A program made the translations under genes and the position numbers. From an uncultured delta proteobacterium (GTDB taxonomy: Bacteria; Myxococcota; Myxococcia; Myxococcales; Myxococcaceae), in contig CAVYSY010000039.1 in NCBI GenBank assembly GCA_963771175.1, forward strand, positions 32,001 to 96,000: DNA of 64,000 nt. Reading direction: 5' to 3'. The notes beneath the pieces were generated by a model, which was not told the DNA's origin, made no database searches, and saw only the letters and a list, made by a program, of their open reading frames with translations. Shown here in pieces: positions 58,284-64,000 of this stretch (positions are counted from its first letter, which is position 1; each line of letters opens with the position of its first letter).

Positions 58284-58405
58284 CTCAGAACAGCACCAAA
58301 TCCTCGAAGCTCTCTCCGGGCTCACCGTCCTTCGGGCCCGTCCCCAGCACCGCCTCCGTGTTGCGCTGCCGGGTCGCCGTGAGCTCGGAGACCAGGGCGA
58401 GGATC
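58284..58405 (-). repeat. 122-bp duplicated copy of the 3' end of the cNMP-binding protein gene (partner at 59117-59238)
   Basis: Direct repeat at offset 833 bp with 6 mismatches by eye; includes the stop codon. Confidence 0.93.
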
Positions 58406-59096
58406 CCACGAGTCGTGGCCTGCCTTGCAGCCGTGGATTGCCAGGAGACGGGCCGTCGATATCGTCAGCACGCACTTCTCGAAGGAGGAGCTGGCCGCTG
58501 CTCGATGGCTCGCACTGGAGCCGAGCTGGCATCACGGATACCCGCAGCCAGACGAGGGCCGCTTCGGCTACCGGGAGGTGACCTGCGAGGTGGCCGATTT
58601 CTGCGAGCAGTGTGGCATCGGACTGAGGCAGAAGGCCCCCTTTCGGATGAAGTCCGAGCCGAAGTGGGGTCGAAACGGCATCCTTCAACTCCACTGGGTC
58701 TTCGACGAATTCTTCGTGAGGCCGGAGGTCTGGAGCACTGTCTTCCATCCGAACGGAGTCGGCTGCCGGCCGGTTCTCGACGCGAAGGGCGCCGAGCTGA
58801 AGACGGTGGTCCAGCTCGTCATCCAGGAAGAAGTGGACGTGGTGGTGGAGGACCTCGCAACGGAGCACTGTGCACACTGTGGACGGGTCAAGTCTCTCCC
58901 TGTGACACGGGGGGCATTCCCTCCACTGGCGAACGAGCCTTCGGCCCGGATGGCGAAGACGCGAGAGTATTTCGGCAGTGGAGCATCGGCCCACAGGGGG
59001 GTCCTGGTTTCACAGGAAGTGGCCCGGGCGCTGGCGGCGAAGAAGGTGCGCGGAGCCTCGGTGCGACCGGTAGCAGAGCATCCGAAGCGCAGCTGA
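58406..59096 (+). pseudogene. Probably 5'-truncated double-CxxCG putative zinc-binding protein
   Basis: Frame open from the repeat junction with no good start or RBS (only TTG at 58425); HHGYPQP, CEQCG and CAHCG; somewhat lower GC than neighbours. Confidence 0.6.
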
Positions 59097-59117
59097 TGCT
59101 GTACCCAGCCGCGAGTC

Positions 59118-60983
59118 TCAGAACAGCACCAGATCCTCGAACTGCTCTCCGGGCTCACCGTCCTTCGGGCCCGTCCCCAGCACCGCCTCCGTGTTGCGCC
59201 GCCGGGTCTCCGTGAGCTCGGAGACCAGGGCGAGGATCTGCGGGTGCGTGAGGATGAGGGTGTCGAAGTCCTCGCGCGGCAGCCGCAGCAGCGAGGTGTT
59301 CCGCTGAGCCGTCACGGTGGCGGTCGCGGGCGTCTTCTGGAGCAGCGACATCTCCCCGAACAGCTCGCCCTCGCGCAGTTGCGCCAGGGACTGCCCGCCC
59401 TTGCTGACCGACACCTCGCCGGAGAGCACCACGTAGAGGCCATCCACCTGGTTGCCCTCGTGGATGATGACGTCGCCCCGGCGCACCTCGCGGGCCTTGA
59501 AGCGCTCCACCAGGTCGCGCCGGTCCTTGCGCCCGAAGGACCGGAAGAGCGCCGAGGTGTTCACCACGTCCGACAGCAGCCGCTGCCGGCAGAACCGCCG
59601 CAGTGCTCGGGCCACCTGTGGGTAGCTGCGCGACAAGTCCGCGAGCACCGGTGCCGAGATCTCCAGCACCTGCGTCTCCTCCGCGGCCCCCACCACCGAG
59701 GCCGAGCGCGGCGCGCCCGACAGGAGCGCCATCTCGCCGAAGAAGGCGCCCTCCTCCAGCGTGGCCAGCACCCGCTGCTCGTCGCCCTTCTGGCGCACGA
59801 TGCGCACCCGGCCCGCGCAGATGACGTAGAAGGCATCGCCCCGCGTGCCCTGCTCGATGATGCGCGCGCCCTCGGGAAAGCGGCGCAGCGGGCAGCGCTC
59901 GAACAGCGCGATGAAGGCGTCGCGCGGCAGGTCCGAGAAGAGCGGAATCTCCGGCAGCGCCCCGTCCCGCGGGGCCGTCTCCGTCACGGTCTCCTCGGCG
60001 CTCCCCTCGCCCGGCTCGTCGCCGGCCGCGGGAGCCCCCGACATCGGCCCTCGTGCCATTCCCGCGAGAGCCGCCATCTCCACCGCGTGCAGCAGCGAGT
60101 CCGCACCCAGCTCGAGCTCGGTGAAGGGCGTGCTCCCCGGCACCGGGGACTGGAAGTCCACGCCGGCCTCGGGGGTGAAGCGCTCGATACGCGGCGCGGA
60201 GGGCAGCACCGCGGACCACGGTGCGGTCCGGCGCGGGGGCTCCGGCACGGGAGGCGGCGCGGGGACCGGGGCCTTCTCTGGCTCGGTCGGCTGGGAGTCG
60301 GTGGCTCGGCGGGGGCGCAGACCCGGAGGAGCGGCTTGCGCCACGGGGGTCGGGGACGGCGCGGCCTCCACGGTCCTCTGCTCCGCGTCGCTGAGATCCA
60401 GCTCGAAGCCCGTCGACGAGTCCTCGCTCGCCTCCTCGATGTCCAGCTCCACCTCGATGCCCGAGGAGGAGTTCTGGGTTTCGGCCGCCACACCAGGGGC
60501 CTGGGCCTTCGGTGCCCCCTCGTCGTCGAACTGGACGGGAGCGCCGGGCACCAGCCCCATCCGCGCCGCCGGAGCCGGAGCCTCGTCGGCCACCACCCGC
60601 TTCACGAGCGAGGACGCGATCACGTTCGCCGGCTTCGGAGCCGGTTCGCGGGGTGCGCCACCCGGCACACCACGGCGGGCGTAGAGGTTGGCGAGCATCT
60701 GCTGGACGCCCTGGTGCGACGAGTCCAGCTCCAGGATGAGCTTGCTGGCGGCGATGGCGCGCGGGAGGAAACCCTCGCGAGCGAAGCCCTCGGCGGCGAC
60801 CTGGTAGGCGACGATGGCGCGAGCGTTGTTGCCCGCCTTCACCCACGCGTCTCCCAGGCGCAGGCGCGTCTGGAAGTCCTTCGGCTCCCGCTGACAGTAC
60901 TCCTCGAGGAGCTCGGCGGCTCGGGGGAAGCGACCCTTGGTGAGTGCCTCGTTGGCTTTGTCCCTGAGCTGCCTTGGCTCCAT
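59118..60983 (-). CDS. TPR-like N-terminus, Pro-rich linker and two cyclic nucleotide-binding domains
   Basis: FFGEMALLSGAPRSASV and LFGEMSLLQKTPATATV cassettes; helical N-terminus RLRLGDAWVKAG. Confidence 0.88.
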   Translation of the reverse strand: MEPRQLRDKANEALTKGRFPRAAELLEEYCQREPKDFQTRLRLGDAWVKAGNNARAIVAYQVAAEGFAREGFLPRAIAASKLILELDSSHQGVQQMLANLYARRGVPGGAPREPAPKPANVIASSLVKRVVADEAPAPAARMGLVPGAPVQFDDEGAPKAQAPGVAAETQNSSSGIEVELDIEEASEDSSTGFELDLSDAEQRTVEAAPSPTPVAQAAPPGLRPRRATDSQPTEPEKAPVPAPPPVPEPPRRTAPWSAVLPSAPRIERFTPEAGVDFQSPVPGSTPFTELELGADSLLHAVEMAALAGMARGPMSGAPAAGDEPGEGSAEETVTETAPRDGALPEIPLFSDLPRDAFIALFERCPLRRFPEGARIIEQGTRGDAFYVICAGRVRIVRQKGDEQRVLATLEEGAFFGEMALLSGAPRSASVVGAAEETQVLEISAPVLADLSRSYPQVARALRRFCRQRLLSDVVNTSALFRSFGRKDRRDLVERFKAREVRRGDVIIHEGNQVDGLYVVLSGEVSVSKGGQSLAQLREGELFGEMSLLQKTPATATVTAQRNTSLLRLPREDFDTLILTHPQILALVSELTETRRRNTEAVLGTGPKDGEPGEQFEDLVLF

Positions 60984-60985
60984 TG

Positions 60986-63094
60986 TCAGCGTGCCCCCTC
61001 CGCCGCTGTAGTTGTCTTCGCCAGGGCCGTCGCGGCGGCATCCCGCACACGACGGTAATAGTCACTCTTGAGCGCGTCCAGTGCGTCGGCCTGGGCACCC
61101 GTCCCCATCTTCGCGAGCGCCGCCGCCGCCGCCGCCCGGATCTCCGGGAGATCGTTGTACAGATCGCGCGCCACCACCTCGGCCGCCGAGTTGTCGCCGA
61201 TCTCCCCCAGCGCGGTGAGCATCTCGCGCCGGCCGAGGCTCGTGGAGTCCTCCAGCGCCTTCACCAGCGTGGGCACCGCCTCCTTCGCCTTCATCCGGCC
61301 GAGCATCGAGGCGGCCAGCACCGCCTCCGGGCCACCCTCGGTCACCACCTTGCTCAGCGGCTCCACCGCGGAGGCCGGCACGCCATGACGGTTCAGCGTG
61401 TCGAGCAGCACCAACTTCTCGCCGCTGATCTGCGGCAGCAGCTCCACCAGCACGGACTGACCGACCTCGCCCTGCTCGGCCAGCGCCTGCGCGAGTGTCT
61501 TGAGCAGATCTCGATCGGACTCGAACATGCCGCCCTTGGCGATGGCCACACCCTCGGGCCCCAGTCGCGCCAGGCCCACCAGGGCGGCGGTGCGCAGCGT
61601 CACGCTGGAGTCCCCGGCGAAGCCCTTGAGCAGCTCCAGCGCCCCGGGCGCCTTGACGGCCCCGAGCGCGCGCAGCAGCCCGGCCAGCGGCTCGAGCCGG
61701 GACGACTCCATGTCGTCGAACAGCTCGGTGGGCACGCGTTGCTGCACCACGGGCCGGCCCAGGTTGCGCGCCTTGGCCGCGTTGAGCGCCTTCACGCGCG
61801 CCATGAGGCCATTGTGCTTCTCGCCCTTCTGCTGTTCCGCCTCGCTGACGTCCTGCCGCGAGGGATCGAACCCCTCGCCATAGCGCTCGGGCAGCGCCTG
61901 GGTGACCCAGTCCTGACGGAGCGGCTGCACGGACGCGAGCTCCTGCTCGTAGGCCTTCCGCAGCACGGGCGCCGCGGAGGCGTCCCCGATGGCCGCGACC
62001 GCGTCCACGGCGAGCGCGCGCAGCGTGGCGTCCCCCTGGGTGATGTAGGGCAACACCGTGGGCAGCGCGTTCTTGGCCGCCGGGCCGAGGCCGATCACCG
62101 CCTGCAGCCCGCTAGCGGCGGTGGTGGCCCGCGACAGGCGCTCGACGATGGGCTCGAGCGGGCAGCCGCCGCGATCCCTCATCACCCGGGCCACGGGGAT
62201 GGCCTCGGAGGGGACGGCGTCGAGCGCGATGGTGCACAGCGCCGCATCCGTCTGGGGCTGGCGCGGCAGCTCGAGCAGGGCGTCGATGGCCAGGGGGCTC
62301 ACCGGGCTCTTCTCCACCGCCACGGCCTGAAGGCGGGGAATGGCCTGCGGCTCCTGCAGCCGCGTGAGCGCGGTGATGGCGGACTCGCGCAGCTCGGGGA
62401 AGCTCTCGTCCAACAGGGGCAGGATGGCCGCGACGGCGCGCTTGTCGCCCACGTCTCCCAGGCCCCGCACGGCGGCGGCGGCGAGGATGACCTGGCTGTC
62501 GCGAACCAGCGGCACCAGCCGGTTGAAGGCCTCGGGCCGGCCGCTCTTGCCCAGCTCCTCGGCGGCACCCACGCGCTCGGGCGGCGAGCCCTCGGTGAGG
62601 GCCAGCAGGTTGCGGTCCCAGATGGCCTTGGACTCGGCGGCGACGACCTCGGCCATGGCGCCCGGCACGTTGGCCTGCTTGAGCGCCTGGACGATGATCT
62701 GCCGCGTCGCCCGGCCCCGACGGCCGTACTGCAGCGTGAGGTAGGCCTTGGCCTTGTCGTTCTTCACCTGCGCCAGGGCCATGGCGGCCTTGCCCTGGAC
62801 GTCCTCATCGGAGTCCTCGAGCAGCTCGCCGAGCAGGTCCACCACGCGGGGATCCTGGCTCTTGCCGAGCGCCGCGGCGGCCTCGCCGCGGACGATGGAG
62901 GCCATGTCCTTGGCCGCCCGGGTGAAGAGGGCGAGGTCGTCCGGGCGGGACTCCTCGGCCAGCTTCTTCACGGCGAGAGCCCGCACCTCCGGGCGAGGGC
63001 TCTGAAGGTCCGCGAGAAGCTGGTCCCGACTGCCGCTGCACGCAGCGGTACCGAGGAGGGCCAGGACGAGGAAGGTGCGCGCGCCGGTTCGCAT
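60986..63094 (-). CDS. HEAT-repeat lipoprotein
   Basis: LLGTAAC lipobox; repeated VRxxAAxALG HEAT-like units; GGAG RBS. Confidence 0.85.
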   Translation of the reverse strand: MRTGARTFLVLALLGTAACSGSRDQLLADLQSPRPEVRALAVKKLAEESRPDDLALFTRAAKDMASIVRGEAAAALGKSQDPRVVDLLGELLEDSDEDVQGKAAMALAQVKNDKAKAYLTLQYGRRGRATRQIIVQALKQANVPGAMAEVVAAESKAIWDRNLLALTEGSPPERVGAAEELGKSGRPEAFNRLVPLVRDSQVILAAAAVRGLGDVGDKRAVAAILPLLDESFPELRESAITALTRLQEPQAIPRLQAVAVEKSPVSPLAIDALLELPRQPQTDAALCTIALDAVPSEAIPVARVMRDRGGCPLEPIVERLSRATTAASGLQAVIGLGPAAKNALPTVLPYITQGDATLRALAVDAVAAIGDASAAPVLRKAYEQELASVQPLRQDWVTQALPERYGEGFDPSRQDVSEAEQQKGEKHNGLMARVKALNAAKARNLGRPVVQQRVPTELFDDMESSRLEPLAGLLRALGAVKAPGALELLKGFAGDSSVTLRTAALVGLARLGPEGVAIAKGGMFESDRDLLKTLAQALAEQGEVGQSVLVELLPQISGEKLVLLDTLNRHGVPASAVEPLSKVVTEGGPEAVLAASMLGRMKAKEAVPTLVKALEDSTSLGRREMLTALGEIGDNSAAEVVARDLYNDLPEIRAAAAAALAKMGTGAQADALDALKSDYYRRVRDAAATALAKTTTAAEGAR

Positions 63095-63163
63095 CGTTCT
63101 CCGAGGAGGGAGGGCGTGAAGACGCCGGCGGTTATATCAGCGGCGCGCGCGACCGCCCATGAC

Positions 63164-64000
63164 TCAGCGGCTCTTCCGGGGCCCTCGGCCCCTCGGTCCC
63201 CCGGCGCCTTCCCGAGGAGGCCGCGTCTTCCAATCGGTCGACGGTCCCTGGGACTTCTTCGCGCGCCAGTTGGTGAAGGGCTTCGCGCCCTCGCCGGCGC
63301 CCTCGCCTCCCGGGCGTGCCGCACCGCGCCGTGCCGGGCGATCCGAGCCCGCCCCCGCCGCGCCCCACGTCTTGCGCTCGGGCCTCATGCCCCCCGCGCC
63401 TCTCGGCCCGGGACGAGCACCCCGCTCGCCACGCTCCTCGCCTCGCGGCGCCCACTCACGGCGCTCGGGACGGTCACCCCGAGGCGGACCGCGCCGCTCG
63501 GCACCTCCCGCTGCGGAGAACGGCTTGCGCTCGGGACGGTCACCCCGAGGCGGACCGCGCCGCTCGGCGCCTCCCGCTGCGGAGAACGGCTTGCGCTCGG
63601 GACGGTCACCCCGAGGCGGACCGCGCCGCTCGGCGCCTCCCCCAGCGGAGAACGGCTTGCGCTCGGGACGAGCACCCCCCGCACCCCCGGGGGGCCCACT
63701 CGCGACGCTCGGGACGAGCACCCCGCTCGCCACGCTCCTCGCGAGGCGCCCACTCGCGGCGCTCCGGACGGGGACTCCGCGCGGGAACCCGCCGCTCGGC
63801 GCTGCCCCCGGCGAACGCCGGCTTGCTCTCACCACGCTCCTCACCCCGAGGCGCCCACTCACGACGCTCGGGACGAGGCCCACGCGAGGGGACCCGCCGC
63901 TCGGCGCTGCCCCCGGCGAACGCCGGCTTGCGCTCACCGCGCGCGCCGCGCTCCTCACCACCACCCCGAGGCGCCCACTCACGGCGCTCCGGACGCTCAC
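63164..64000 (-). CDS. Arg/Gly/Glu/Pro-rich repetitive C-terminal tail of a gene starting beyond the window (possibly an RNA-binding enzyme such as a pseudouridine synthase)
   Basis: RPERREWAPRG and RPERKPFSA repeats; the repeat frame continues to the window edge after a homopolymer frameshift near 63690; the parent enzyme is a guess. Confidence 0.55.
   Translation of the reverse strand: MSVRSAVSGRLGVVVRSAARAVSASRRSPGAAPSGGSPRVGLVPSVVSGRLGVRSVVRASRRSPGAAPSGGFPRGVPVRSAASGRLARSVASGVLVPSVASGPPGGAGGARPERKPFSAGGGAERRGPPRGDRPERKPFSAAGGAERRGPPRGDRPERKPFSAAGGAERRGPPRGDRPERREWAPRGEERGERGARPGPRGAGGMRPERKTWGAAGAGSDRPARRGAARPGGEGAGEGAKPFTNWRAKKSQGPSTDWKTRPPREGAGGPRGRGPRKSR
63461..63670. repeat. 66-bp coding tandem repeat, about 3.2 copies
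   Basis: Units start at 63461, 63527 and 63593 (partial at 63659) and encode RPERKPFSAAGGAERRGPPRGD. Confidence 0.9.

Noticed and set aside
63461..63670. 66-bp periodic repeat as a CRISPR array
   Set aside because: Whole units are near-identical with no unique spacers, and they are in-frame coding

Overview
High-GC (about 70%) myxobacterial DNA, Archangium/Cystobacter/Stigmatella-like by gene content. About 45 kb (8387-53197, minus strand) is one co-directional modular PKS-NRPS cluster whose gene order and domains match the myxalamid pathway: mxaF (ACP-KS-AT-AT-DH-KR-ACP), mxaE, mxaD, mxaC (3 modules), mxaB (with a degenerate ER) and mxaA (C-A[Ala]-PCP-reductase). KR fingerprints fit the known E/OH/E/E/Z/E/E pattern. 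The module-4 AT carries an atypical VPSH motif and could indicate a variant product. mxaA, mxaB and mxaD are broken by frameshifts, with a very dense indel tract at about 17.5-19.1 kb; these are most likely consensus errors. Left flank: M35 metalloprotease, a strand-skewed AT-rich intergenic island, a Zn dehydrogenase, an FAD oxidase, a PBP and a secreted GH-like protein. Right flank: SDR remnant, small Cys-rich ORF, rtcA, anion transporter, lipoprotein, SDR, an 833-bp insertion bounded by a 122-bp duplication of a gene 3' end and carrying a truncated double-CxxCG gene, a TPR/cNMP protein, a HEAT-repeat lipoprotein and a repeat-rich protein tail. No CRISPR, rRNA, tRNA or transposase was recognised. 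All calls come from reading motifs by eye; no database searches were run.
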